From NCBI GenBank assembly GCA_963836075.1, contig CAWIIB010000009.1:2240001-2304000 (forward strand): a stretch of DNA of 64,000 nucleotides, written 5' to 3'. The translations under genes were made by a program, and so were the position numbers. This DNA comes from an uncultured Acidobacteriota bacterium. Lineage in GTDB: Bacteria; Acidobacteriota; JAQAZP01. Under the pieces are notes generated by a model that saw only the letters and a list, made by a program, of their open reading frames with translations, did not search any database and was not told the DNA's origin. Positions 19,010 to 30,500 of this stretch are shown here, piece after piece. The first letter of the stretch is position 1; each line of letters begins with the position of its first letter.

Positions 19010-19951
19010 GTGCGGAAGGAAGAGCCCCCAGCCAACCGTGAAAAGGTTTCGATCATCGGCGGCGGCCGGGTGGGCAAGACCCTCGGTTTTCTGCTGGCCC
19101 GGGCAGGGTATCGCATCCGCGGAGTCTCCTGTCTCAACCTGGCCGAGGCCGAGGAGGCGGTGCGCTTCATCGGCGACGGCGCCCCCTTCGAAGACAATAC
19201 CGCGGTGGTGATGGACAGCGTCATCGTGCTGATCACCACTCCCGACGACGCCATCGCCTCGGTGGCCCGTGGGCTGGCCGGGATACCGGTCTCCTGGACG
19301 TCGAGACTGGTGCTCCACTGCAGCGGGTTTCTCACCTCCGGGGTGCTCCGGCCGCTGGCCGACCAGGGCGCTGCCGTGGCCACCCTCCACCCGCTGCAGA
19401 CCATTGCCAGCCCCCGCGAGGCGGTGACCGCGATCCGCACAGGTTTCTTCTCCATCGAAGGAGATGAGGACGCGTGGCCCACGGTACAGGCCATGGTGAG
19501 CCATATCGGGGCGCGTTACCTGATGATCGACCCGCAGAAAAAGGTGCTCTACCACGCCGCGGCGGTGATGGCCTCCAATTACGTTGTCACCCTCACCGGC
19601 CTCTGTGCCGATCTGATGGCCGAAGCCGGGGTGCCCCGGGAGCAGGGTCTGGAAGCGCTGACTCCCCTGGTCCAGGGTGCGCTGGACAATGTCAAGCGAC
19701 TGGGACACCGCCGTTCGCTCACCGGCCCGATCTCCCGGGGGGATGTGGCCACGGTGCGCGGCCACCTGGAGGGACTGGCCCGCGGCGGCCGGACCACCGA
19801 TGCGGTTTACCGTTCCCTGGGCCTGGCCACCCTCGAACTGGCTTTGGGCGGTCGGGGCGGTCCCTCCCTGGACCGGGCCTGGGAGCTTCGCGAGGCGCTG
19901 AAGAACAGCGACGATGATCAGGGGGTTGTGGGTGGCGACGAATACGAGTAA
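19010..19951 (+). CDS. Rossmann-like plus DUF2520 domain protein (PanG-like oxidoreductase)
   Basis: IIGGGRVG, HCSG, LHPLQT, YHAAAVMASN and LTGPISRGD. Confidence 0.85.
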   Translation: MRKEEPPANREKVSIIGGGRVGKTLGFLLARAGYRIRGVSCLNLAEAEEAVRFIGDGAPFEDNTAVVMDSVIVLITTPDDAIASVARGLAGIPVSWTSRLVLHCSGFLTSGVLRPLADQGAAVATLHPLQTIASPREAVTAIRTGFFSIEGDEDAWPTVQAMVSHIGARYLMIDPQKKVLYHAAAVMASNYVVTLTGLCADLMAEAGVPREQGLEALTPLVQGALDNVKRLGHRRSLTGPISRGDVATVRGHLEGLARGGRTTDAVYRSLGLATLELALGGRGGPSLDRAWELREALKNSDDDQGVVGGDEYE

Positions 19952-19987
19952 CCGAGACCTGGAGCAGCAATCCGGAGGTTTGTTCTG

Positions 19988-21448
19988 ATGCGCAAGATAG
20001 TGCTCACCGCCAGCCTGGTGTTCTTCCTCTTCATTTCCTGCGGCCATGTCGGCTCGGAGAGCGGGGGAGAAGGCGCGGTGTTGCTGGAACCGGCTTCGGC
20101 GTCCGTCCAGGGCCCCGTGACCGGCGGATCGGTCCCGGGCCGTCTGGAGGCCGGTTCGGCCCTGCAGGCTTCCCGGCGCACCGCGGTTGTGGAGGTGGTG
20201 GAGCGGGTGGCGCCGGCGGTGGTCAACATCTCCACCGAACAGGCGGTGGAGGTGAACCCCTTCCTGCGGCGGCAGACGCCGAGCATCTTCGACTGGTTTG
20301 GCGAACCGGACCGCAGTTACACCCGGACCAGCCTCGGTTCGGGGGTGATCATCGACGACCAGGGGCACGTGCTGACCAACCAGCACGTGATCCTCAAGGG
20401 CTCGCGGATCACCGTGGTGCTCTCCGACAAGCGGGAGTTCGAGGCCGAACTGGTGGGCGCCGACCCGACCCTGGACCTGGCCGTGCTGAAGATCGACACT
20501 GGAAACTCGCTGCCCCACGTGCCCATGGGCACCTCCTCCGACCTGATGATCGGCGAGTCGGTGATCGCCATCGGCAACCCCTTCGGGCTCAATCACACCG
20601 TAACCACCGGGGTGGTCAGCGCCACCGGTCGGATTCTGCGAACCGAGGAGAGGGTCTACCGTGATTTCATCCAGACCGATGCCTCGATCAACCCCGGCAA
20701 CAGCGGCGGACCACTGCTCAACATCAACGGTTCGCTGATCGGTATCAACACGGCCATCTATGGCGGAAGCGCCCAGAACATCGGCTTCACCATCCCCATC
20801 GACCGGGCGCGGCGCATCGTTGACGACCTGATCCGCTTCGGCGCCGTGGTGCCGGCCTGGCTGGGGGTGGATGTCCAGGACCTGAGCCGTGATTTGGCCG
20901 AGAGCTTTGATTTCCCCCTGCGCAGCGGGGTGCTGGTCTCCGAGGTGGCGGAGGAGGGTCCGGCCGAGGCCGGCGGTCTCCAGCGGGGCGACATCATCAC
21001 CGCCCTGGGCAGCGACAGCGTCCAGACGGCGCGGGACTTCCGGGAAAGCCTCCGCGGCTACACGGCCGATGACGAGGTAAAAGTGACGTACTACCGCGGT
21101 GGGGAGAAGAGAGAAGGCATGCTGCTCAGCACCGAATTCCCCGCCGGACAGGTGGACCAGGAACTGTGGCGCCGGGTGGGCTTCGAGGTGATCGAGATCA
21201 CTCCGGCCCTGGCCCGCAGCTACAAACTGCCGGCCACGGACGGGGTGGCCATCCGCCGGGTCCGCGACAACAGCCCGGCATATGCCATCGGCCTCGACGG
21301 CGGTGACGTGCTGCTGCACATCGACGGCACGCACATCGGCAGCCTGGAGAATCTGCACCATGCGCTGGTGCCCGCCCTGGGCCGCGGCTCCTTCACGCTG
21401 ATGGTCCAGCGGGGACGACACCGCTATCGGGGGGTGCTGGAGTTTTGA
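19988..21448 (+). CDS. HtrA/DegP-family serine protease with two PDZ domains
   Basis: SLGSGVII, TNQHV, DLAVL and QTDASINPGNSGGPL. Confidence 0.92.
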   Translation: MRKIVLTASLVFFLFISCGHVGSESGGEGAVLLEPASASVQGPVTGGSVPGRLEAGSALQASRRTAVVEVVERVAPAVVNISTEQAVEVNPFLRRQTPSIFDWFGEPDRSYTRTSLGSGVIIDDQGHVLTNQHVILKGSRITVVLSDKREFEAELVGADPTLDLAVLKIDTGNSLPHVPMGTSSDLMIGESVIAIGNPFGLNHTVTTGVVSATGRILRTEERVYRDFIQTDASINPGNSGGPLLNINGSLIGINTAIYGGSAQNIGFTIPIDRARRIVDDLIRFGAVVPAWLGVDVQDLSRDLAESFDFPLRSGVLVSEVAEEGPAEAGGLQRGDIITALGSDSVQTARDFRESLRGYTADDEVKVTYYRGGEKREGMLLSTEFPAGQVDQELWRRVGFEVIEITPALARSYKLPATDGVAIRRVRDNSPAYAIGLDGGDVLLHIDGTHIGSLENLHHALVPALGRGSFTLMVQRGRHRYRGVLEF

Positions 21449-21479
21449 CTGTCCCTCTTCTAGCCCAGAGGATGTGAGC

Positions 21480-21866
21480 ATGCCTTTCTCAATCGATACG
21501 TTCGAGCACCTGGACTTGACCGTCATCACTGCAGATGGAGAGATCATGCCTGGAGAGCCGCTGGAGACGATCAGGGCTTTCTATGGTGGCAGGCCGACAA
21601 GGTATGCGATCTGGGATTTCAGGGCCGTTGCCATGAGCCAGATGTCCACTGATGAGATCCAGCTGATCCTTGATCACGGGTTGAAGAATATCCTCAAGCG
21701 ACAGTTCGGCAAGACGGCTCTGGTGGCCCCGGGGGATCATGACTTCGAACTGGCCCGCAACACCAGCACCATCGGCGATTTGAAGGACGTCCCCTGGGAA
21801 ATGCAGGCTTTCCGGACGATGGAGGAAGCGGCCCGGTGGATTGGCGTCCAGTATCCTGAAGAATAG
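21480..21866 (+). CDS. Small STAS/SEC14 (SpoIIAA-like) hypothetical protein, paralog 1
   Basis: 128 aa with IWDFR, KTALVAP, FELAR and AFRTMEEAARW. Confidence 0.7.
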   Translation: MPFSIDTFEHLDLTVITADGEIMPGEPLETIRAFYGGRPTRYAIWDFRAVAMSQMSTDEIQLILDHGLKNILKRQFGKTALVAPGDHDFELARNTSTIGDLKDVPWEMQAFRTMEEAARWIGVQYPEE

Positions 21867-21961
21867 GCGCCGACCCGTTGCTGTGACGCTCACCAGTGGC
21901 CCGGAAACAGGAAAGACACTATATTCAGTAGAGCATGCACCTGCTGCAGGGGGAGGTTGAC

Positions 21962-22348
21962 ATGCCAATCTCGATCGAACAGTACAAGGATCAGGATCTG
22001 ACCGTCATCGTTGCGGCTGGAGACATCCTGGACGGTGAGCCGTTTGCGGCACAGAGGGACTTCTATGACGGTGAGCCGACGGCCAAGGTTCTCTGGGATT
22101 TCAGGGCCGTATCCGGAGGACAGCTCAGCGCTGACGAAATCAGGCAGATCTTCGACTACGCCATTGTGAACATGCCCAAGCGCCAAAGCGGCAAGACGGC
22201 CTTTGTGGCTCCGGAAGACCACGAGTTCGGCCTGGCCCGCATGACCACCACCATCGGCGAACTGAGAGATGTCCCCTGGGAACTGCGGGCCTTCAGGAAT
22301 CTAGCAGACGCCGTCCGGTGGCTCGGCGTCCAATACGTTCAGGAATAG
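21962..22348 (+). CDS. Small STAS/SEC14 (SpoIIAA-like) hypothetical protein, paralog 2
   Basis: 128 aa, colinear with paralog 1 (LWDFR, KTAFVAP, FGLAR, AFRNLADAVRW). Confidence 0.7.
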   Translation: MPISIEQYKDQDLTVIVAAGDILDGEPFAAQRDFYDGEPTAKVLWDFRAVSGGQLSADEIRQIFDYAIVNMPKRQSGKTAFVAPEDHEFGLARMTTTIGELRDVPWELRAFRNLADAVRWLGVQYVQE

Positions 22349-22416
22349 TAGTTCCACACAGGCCGTTTCCCCGGCCTGGTAATTTCCAGAGCGGGAGCTC
22401 CAAGGAGAAATACGTC

Positions 22417-25400
22417 ATGGACATCCGCGGTACGTCTCTTCTTTGCTTCGCACTATTGATATCTGCTTCGTTCCCGCCACAACGGCCGGGCCACTGCTGT
22501 TCAACACGAGGGTCGAATTCCCGGTGGGTATCTTTCCTTCCTGCGTTGCCCTGGCCGACCTGGATGGTGATGGCCGCCAGGACCTGGCCGTGCCGAACCT
22601 GGTCAGCGACGACGTCTCGGTGCTGCTGGGCAACGGTGACGGCACCTTTCAGGAGGCGGTGAACTACGGGGTGGATGATTCCCCTCTTGCGGTGGCCATC
22701 GGTGACCTGGACGCGGACAGCCATCCGGACCTGGCGGTGGTGAACTATACCGACGGACTGGTCTCAGTGCTGCTGGGCCGGGGCGACGGCACTTTCGAGA
22801 ACGCGGTGAACTACGAGAGCGCCCACTCGGCCAACTCGGTGGCCATCGGCGATCTGGACGGGGATGGCCATCCGGACCTGGCGGTGGCCAACGGCGGTTT
22901 CCAGGCGGTTGCGGTTCTACTGGGCAATGGCGACGGCACCTTTCAGAGCAGGGTGAACTACAGCGCCGGTCTGGGGCCGGCATCGGTGGTCATCGGTGAC
23001 CTGGACAACGACGGTATCCCGGACCTGGCGGCGGCGAATTCCAGCCTCGACTCGGTTGCGGTGCTGCTGGGCAACGGGGACGGCACCTTCCAGACCCGTG
23101 TCCTCCACGAGACCGGGGACAGCCCGGTGGCGGTGGCCATCGTCGACCTGGAGAACGACAACTTCAAAGATCTGGTGACGGCGAGTAGAATCGGTAACAA
23201 CATCTCGGTGCTGGCGGGCAACGGGGACGGCACCTTCCAGGCTGCGGTGAACTACCCGGCCGGGGACGATCCCGAAGCGCTTGCCGTCGGTGACGTGAAT
23301 GACGACGGCCAGGCGGATGTGGTGGTTGCCAATCTGTCCAGCTCTGACGTCTCCATACTGCAGGGCAACGGGGATGGCACATTGCAGGTTGCCCGGCAAT
23401 TCCCCATCGGCCGGGCCCCCGTTTCGGTGGCCATCGGCGACCTGGACGGCGACGGAAACCAGGACCTGACCGCGGCGACTTCCAGCTACAACTATGTCAC
23501 GGTTCTGCGGGGATACGGGGACGGCACCTTTGCCACCGCAGCTGAATACGGTGTCGGCGGTCTCCCTCAATCAGTGGCCGCGGGCGAGCTGGATGGTGAC
23601 GGGCGTGTGGACCTGGTGGTGGCCAACCCCGACGAGGGCACCGTCTCGGTGCTTGCCGGCCAGGGGAACGGCAGTTTCGGCTCCGCGGTACAGCACGGTG
23701 CCGGTGCCGGGGCCTGGTCGGTGGCCATCGTCGACCTCGATGGCAACGGCAACCCGGACCTGGTCACGGCGAACTACAACGGTGACGACGTCTCGGTGTT
23801 GATGAACACGGGTGGCGGCGCCTTCGCCGCACCCGTGAATTACGGGGCCGGCAGCGGCCCATTCTCGGTGGCCGGCGATGACTTTGACAATGATGGCCAC
23901 CAGGACCTGGTGGTGGCGAATTACTACGACAACAACGTGTCGGTGTTGCTGGGCAACGGTGACGGCTCCCTTCAGACGGCAAGTGACTTCGCGGTTCAGG
24001 CTTTTCCCACGGCGGTGGTCACCGGAGACCTGAATAAAGACGGTGACCCGGACCTGGCCGTGGCCAACACGCTCGGCGACTCTGTTTCGGTACTTCTGGG
24101 TCTCGGGGACGGCGCCTTCCAGGCGGCCGTAAACTACGGTGCAGGGAACAACCCGTATTCGCTGGCCCTCAATGACCTCGATGGCGATGGCGCCCTGGAC
24201 CTGGCCGTGGCCAATAACGGCAGCGATTCCGTATCGCTGTTGCTGGGCCAGGGCGACGGCACCTTGCAGTCCGCGGTGTACTATGACACCGGCGTCGGGC
24301 CTGTCTCGGTGGCCATGGCCGACCTGGACGGCGACGGCCGGCTGGATCTGGCCGTGGCCAACCTCGACAGCGACAATGTGTCGGTGTTCCCGGGCCTGGG
24401 GGACGGCACTCTGGGGACCGCGGTGCTCTATGGTTGCGGTGAAGATCCCATCTCCATGGTGTCGGGCAACCTGAACGGTGATGGCTATCCGGACCTGGTC
24501 ACGGCGGACCAGGACCAGGAGACGGTAACGGTGCTGATCAACGGCACCAGTATCTCGTCCCTTTCATCGCTCTATGTCGGTCCGGGCCCGGCCTACGACA
24601 ACAGCCCCCTGGTCCGGCTGTTCCCGCCGTTGCAGGACGCAGCGGCCCAGTCCGAGTTCCCGGCATACGGCGCAACTCATTACGGCGTCAAGGTGAACAG
24701 CGGTGACCCGGACGGTGACGGAGCGGACGAGATCCTCACTGGTGCTGGTCCGGGTGACATCTACGGGCCCCACGTCCGGGGGTTCGAGGTGGACGGCACG
24801 CCCGTTCCCGGGCTCAATTTCCTGGCCTACGGCACGAACAAATACGGCGTGAATGTCGCCGCCGGCGACTTCGACGGCGACGGTTTCGACGAGATCATCA
24901 CCGGTGCCGGTCCGGGTGCGGTGTTCGGGCCTCACGTGCGCGGCTGGACTTACAACGGCGGGTCAGGGGTCACTTCATTGCCCGGGGTGAGCTACTTTGC
25001 CTACGGCACGCCAAAGTGGGGAGTGAACGTGGCCGGCGGTGATATCGATGGCGACGGCTTTGACGAGATCGTCACCGGCGCCGGTCCGGGTGCGGTGTAC
25101 GGCCCCCATGTGCGCGGCTGGAACGTGGACGGCGGTGCGGCGGCAGCCATACCAGCGGTGAGCTACTTCGCTTACGGCACACTGAAGTTCGGGGTCAATG
25201 TCAGCTGCGGCGATGTGGATGGCGACGGTATTGACGAGATCGTCACCGGCGCCGGTCCGGGTGCGGTGTTCGGGCCCCACGTGCGCGGCTGGAACTATGA
25301 CGGGTCCGCGGTCACTTCGCTGCCCGGCTTCAGTTTCTTTGCCTGGCAGACCGAACCGCTCCGCTTCGGGGTCAATGTCTTTGCCGGAACCGACCTGGAT

Positions 25401-25565
25401 GCCGACGGCCGTGACGATCTGCTGGTGGGCCGCGGGCCGGATCCCACCGCGGACAGTGAGGTGAAAGCGTTCTCCTACAACGGGTCGGCCGTGAGCCAGC
25501 TCTTTTCGCTGGACGCATTTCCGGGCCTGACCCACGGGGCCAACGTGGCGGCGGGAAAGAACTAA
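22417..25565 (+). CDS. Large secreted FG-GAP/VCBS-repeat protein with a C-terminal GPHVRGW-type FG-GAP module; apparent 1-nt frameshift in the signal peptide
   Basis: AAGGAG RBS and ATG 22417 encode MDIRGTSLLCFALLIS, while the long frame continues FVPATTA|GPLLF. There are ~14 'GDLDGDGxxDLAVAN...VSVLLGNGDGTFQ' repeats, then repeats 'GDxDGDGxDEIITGAGPG..GPHVRGW'. Confidence 0.85.
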
Positions 25566-25569
25566 TACG

Positions 25570-27003
25570 TTACCCCTTGATCACCGCCAGTGGCACCAGT
25601 CGGGCCACCTTGCGCGAGATCCCCGAGAGGTGCACCGCTTGCACCACGTCCTCCACGTCCTTGTAAGCTTCGGGCATCTCTTCGGCCAGGGTGCCCTTGC
25701 CCCTGGCGCGGACGTGAATCCCCCGGTCGGAGAGCTCGAAGGCGATGGTGCGCTCCCGGGCGGCCTTCCTGGCCTGGCGGCGGCTCATCACCCGGCCGGC
25801 GCCGTGGCAGGTGCTGCCGAAGGTGGTCTCCATGGCCTTGGCCGTGCCTGAAAGCACGTAGGAGCAGGAGCCCATGTCCCCGGGAATCAGCACCGGCTGG
25901 CCCACCGCGCGATAGGCCGCAGGGACTTCCGGGCGGCCGGGGCCGAAGGCGCGGGTGGCCCCCTTGCGGTGCACCATCAGTGTACGCTCCCGTCCCTCGA
26001 AAGTGTGCCGTTCCTTTTTGGCGATGTTGTGGCAGACGTCGTAGACCAGGCCCATGCCCAGGTCGCGCGGGCCGGCCTGGAAGACCTTCTGGAAGATCTC
26101 ACGGGTCAGGTGGCTCATCGCCTGGCGGTTGGCGAAGGCGTAGTTGGTGGCGCAGGCCATGGCCGCCATGTAGTCCCTGGCCTCCCGGGAACCGATCGGC
26201 GCGCAGGCCAGCTGGCGGTCGGGCAGGTCTCTTCTGCCGCTGCGCACCAGCTGTTTGAGATAGTCGTCGCAGACCTGGTAGCCCAGGCCGCGGGACCCGG
26301 AGTGGATCATCACGGTGATGCCGCCCTCGGCCAGACCGTAGGCCGCGGCCGCGGTCTCGTCGAACACGGTGTCCACCAAACCCACCTCGATGAAGTGGTT
26401 GCCCGAGCCGAGGGTCCCCAGCTGGTTGCGGCCCCTTTCCAGGGCCCGCCTGCTCACGGCTGCGGGATCGGCCTCGGGGAGGCAGCCCCGCTCCTCCATG
26501 TATTCCAGGTCGCTCTGCTGGCCGTAACCGTTCTTCACCGTCCAGGCCGCGCCCTGGGACAGCACTTTGAGCTGGTCAGCAGGGGAGAGGCGGATGGCGC
26601 CGCTGGAGCCCACGCCGCAGGGCACCCCGTTGAACAGCGCATCGGCCAGTGCGCGGATCCGCGGTTTCACCGTCTCCAGGTCCAGCCTGGTGCGCATCAA
26701 CCGCACACCGCAGTTGATGTCGTAGCCCACGCCGCCGGGCGAGATGATCCCCTCGTCGAGATCGAAGGCCGCCACCCCGCCGATGGGGAAACCATAGCCC
26801 CAGTGGATGTCCGGCATGGCCAGCGAGTAGCCGACGATGCCCGGCAACTGGGCCACGTTGGTCAACTGGTCCAGGGCCTGGTCCTTGCGGATCTGGTCCA
26901 GGGCCGATTCACGGGCGAAGAACCGGGCCGGCACCCGCATCCGGCCCCGTTTCCCGATCTCCCAGGTGCACTCGCCGATCTTCTTGAATCCTGCGCCGCT
27001 CAT
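25570..27003 (-). CDS. rtcB: RtcB family RNA ligase
   Basis: MPDIHWGYGFPIGG, GYDINCGVR, GTLGSGNHF, HSGSRG, HRKGAT and STCHGAGR. Confidence 0.95.
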   Translation of the reverse strand: MSGAGFKKIGECTWEIGKRGRMRVPARFFARESALDQIRKDQALDQLTNVAQLPGIVGYSLAMPDIHWGYGFPIGGVAAFDLDEGIISPGGVGYDINCGVRLMRTRLDLETVKPRIRALADALFNGVPCGVGSSGAIRLSPADQLKVLSQGAAWTVKNGYGQQSDLEYMEERGCLPEADPAAVSRRALERGRNQLGTLGSGNHFIEVGLVDTVFDETAAAAYGLAEGGITVMIHSGSRGLGYQVCDDYLKQLVRSGRRDLPDRQLACAPIGSREARDYMAAMACATNYAFANRQAMSHLTREIFQKVFQAGPRDLGMGLVYDVCHNIAKKERHTFEGRERTLMVHRKGATRAFGPGRPEVPAAYRAVGQPVLIPGDMGSCSYVLSGTAKAMETTFGSTCHGAGRVMSRRQARKAARERTIAFELSDRGIHVRARGKGTLAEEMPEAYKDVEDVVQAVHLSGISRKVARLVPLAVIKG

Positions 27004-27024
27004 CCCCGGGGCCTCTACTTCTGT

Positions 27025-27456
27025 TCAGACGTCGAAGAGCAGGGTGGCCTCCAGCAGGCCGCCGTTCTCCCGGATGCCTGACTGGTGGTAGGTCACCGCC
27101 TTGATCTCGCAACCTGGGCGGCCTGTCCGCCGCATGATGCACTCGGCCCGCAGGCGTGTCTGGCCCAGCTGCTGAAAAGTGATCGCGTGGGGGATCAGAT
27201 GTCGGGTATCGGCATGGAAGTGCAGTTCCCCCAGCCAGCGCACCAGCAGGTCGTCCGGGTCCAGGCCGTCGAGATCGATGTCGATCCGGGCGGCAAGGGA
27301 CTGCGCGCCACCCGTGGTTCCCTCGTCGGGGAACAGGGTGTCGAACAGCGCCCGGGCGGCCTGCCGGAAGAGACTTTCCCGGTCGGGGGCCCAGAGGCGG
27401 ATACGCAGGTCCGCCGGGTGGTCCACCATCTCATATCCGGCCTCCGGGATTTCCAT
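27025..27456 (-). CDS. Archease
   Basis: YEMVDHPAD...EIKAVTYH...LLFDV, directly upstream of rtcB. Confidence 0.9.
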   Translation of the reverse strand: MEIPEAGYEMVDHPADLRIRLWAPDRESLFRQAARALFDTLFPDEGTTGGAQSLAARIDIDLDGLDPDDLLVRWLGELHFHADTRHLIPHAITFQQLGQTRLRAECIMRRTGRPGCEIKAVTYHQSGIRENGGLLEATLLFDV

Positions 27457-27533
27457 AACAGCACGGTTCCTTCATTGCCAAACGGTTCGCAAGCTGGTCA
27501 TTTGAATAGTATTATTGTACAGGAATCCGCCTG

Positions 27534-30500
27534 GTGACAAGTGAGGACAAGCCCCTGGCCCATAAGAAACCAAGTACAGAAGCGAAGAAATCGAGGAAGA
27601 TTCTGTCAGCGTTCCGCTTCTCCCGAATCGGGCTGGCGGCCAGGATCGCCGGGGCGGTGATCATTCTTTTCTCCATTCTGTTGCTCTACCTCGTGTTCGG
27701 GTCGCCCAGCAGCCGCATCACCTCCAGTCTGCTCACCGGCCTGGTGGAGAAGTATTTCGCCCCGGGGTCGGGGTTTCAGGCGCTGAACCTCGACTTCTAT
27801 TCGGGCGAACTGCTTATCTCGGGCATCCAGCTCGAGATTCCACCCGATCCCGAGGCCCTGCCCACCGCCGAGGGCCCGGCCCCCGGCTGCTCGCTCACCC
27901 TGGAGTCCCTGCGCTTCGCCTTCGGCCCCTCCTTCCACAGGCCTTTCACCTTCGGGGCGCACCAGTTGGATCTCGACGGTCTCGACGTGGATATGGAGCA
28001 CCATTCGCTGATGGCCTTTGTCAACCGCTTCCGCAAGCGGGATAAGAAACCGCCGCGGGACTTCTCGATCAGCCTTCCCGGGGCCAGTATCCGGCGGGCG
28101 GTCTTCCGCTTCGGGCGGCACGAGATTCCCCTGGACATCGAGGTTCGGAACATCAAAGTGTCGCTGGCCCCCACGGACAGCCGCGAGGTCGTCGAGGGCG
28201 TGGTGCAGTGCGGGCCGGGCATGGTGGACGCCAACGGCTACCGCTTTCCGGTGGACTCGCTGGTGGCCGCGGCGGGCCTCGACCTCAGCGGTGTCCGGGT
28301 GCGTCACCTGGAGCTCTCCTCGCCGGTGGCCCAGCTGACCGGCGACGGGGTCATCGGCTTCCGGCGCTACGGAGAGGTTCCCCGGCGGCTGGCCATCCAG
28401 GGCGTCTGCCGGCTGGAACGGGTGGCCCGCTACACCCGGCTGCCCTTTGGTCTGACCGGCAGCGCGGCGCTGGATCTGGAGCTCATCGGCAAGTGGGGCG
28501 AGCCGGACGAGACCGGGCTCTGGACCCTCAGCGGCACCGTCTCCGGTAACCGGGCATGGATCGATGACCTGCCGCTGGATGACTACACCATCCTCGCCGA
28601 GGTGGGCAGCGCCGGGTTGACCGTGCACCGTTTCGACACCGGGCTGTTCGACGGTCGTTGCCGCGGGGCGGGCAGCCTCTTCCCGCTCAACACCCGGGGA
28701 GTGCTGGAGGCCACGCTGGAACTGGACAAGGTCAGCCTGCCGCAGGTCCAGCCCTGGATCCAGCTGGGAGAGGAGTGGCCTCAGGGGCTGGTCAGCGGCC
28801 AGGTCGCCGGGACGATGCCGGTGAAAAACTGGACCGACCTGGTGGCCGCGGGTGATCTGGTGGTGGACTCCGGCCAGAGAAAGGGCACTTTGCAGGCCAT
28901 GGGCCCCCCCTCGTTGCGGGGCCGGGTGGCCTTCCACGCCTTCCAGGGGACGCTGCAGTTCCAGGAGAGCTCGCTGGTGGTGGGGCAGACCGCCGTCCAG
29001 TTCTCCGGGCCTCTCAGTCTGGAGGGCGGTGGATCCCGGGTCAACATCCGGTTGGTTGCCGATGACCTGCGCCGCAGCAAGAACACCCTGGAGCGGATCT
29101 TCGGGCCGCGGTATCCCACGCTCCGTGACGGGGAGGGGCGGACGCCGCTGTCCATGGCCGGGGTGCTGGAGTTCGACGCCACCCTGGTTCGCGAGGAGGG
29201 CGGGCCGTTCCGTTTCGAGGGCTGGATGCGGGGCGACAGTCTCCAGCTGGCCGGGTTCCGGCTGGGGCAGACCGACGGCCGTTTCCACCTGGACCCGGAG
29301 CGCTTCGAGCTGCGCGACCTGGTGTTGGGTGGTGACGGGGTCAACGGCACGGTGGACTATTTCGGCTGGCGGCTGGGGCGGCGTGGTGCCGGCGACGAGG
29401 AGCCGGGTGCGGAAACGGAGAAAGAGCGGGATCTCGTTCTGCAAGTGGATGACCGGATGGCCGGGCCGGCCGTTTACGGCATTCTCGGCCCCCTCGACCC
29501 GCTGATCGGGATACGCTGCGACCTGACCGGTATTCCCCTGGCCACGGTCAGCAACCTGCTGCCCATGCCGCCGGTCAGCGGCGATCCGGCTGATGTCCAG
29601 CTGGCTCTCGACCGGTCCGACCCCTTCTCCCCACTGGCCGGCTGGGGGCTGGTGGAGAGCGGCAGCTGGGACCTCGATCAGTGGCGCTTCGGCACCACCA
29701 GGGCCGGGGTGGAGGTGGACGGCGACGGGGTCCGCTGGCACGGTGAGATCGGGGGGAACGGGCGGATGAGCATCTCCGGGTGGATCGAGCCGGGGTTCCA
29801 TGACGTCCACTTTCGCTGCAACGGATCGGCAGTGGAGTTTGCCGGTGCCTGCACCGTACTGGTGGACGAGGAGACCGGCGAGCCGTATTTCCGGGCGCCT
29901 CTGGACTTCACCGGGCACGGTTCCTATGACGGGGGCCGGTTCTCCCTGCGGGGCGGCTTCTATTTCCCCTGGCTGGCCTCGGGGGCCAACCTGCTGGGCC
30001 CGGGCAAGGCGAGTCTGGCCATGAACGGGGATATCTGGCGGCTGGAGCTGGAGCCGGAAACCGGAAGCGGCCGCATACGTGGGATGCTTTTTGCCGATGG
30101 TCACAACTGGCCGCTCTGGCTGGCCGGCGAACTCTCCTCGCTCCGCGTGCGGCAGTGCGAAGAGGACGCCACCGTTCCCCAGTTCATCCCCGGCCAGTGG
30201 GCCGAGCTCACCGGCCGGGTCTGGCTCCGCGGGCCGGGAGCCGTGGCCCGGCGGATGGTGCTCGGCGGCCTGGTGGAGCACTGCCTGGTCAGCACGTCGG
30301 AGTACTACCGTCTGGAGAGCCGCGGCGCCTTCCCCATCCTGATGGACCAGGGCGTGCGCAGCCTGAAGGTGCCCCGGGCCAGCTTCCAGGGGCCGGGGGG
30401 GTCGCGGATCAGCGCCGGCGGCCGGTTGGCCTTCGAGGGTGTGCCCACGCCTTCCGACATGTTGCTCCTCGGCTCCTTCGACCTCGACGGCCTCGGTATC

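Noticed and set aside
22540-25565. CRISPR-like regularly spaced DNA repeats
   Set aside because: The repeats are degenerate, in-frame codons for FG-GAP/VCBS protein repeats, and no cas genes are present.
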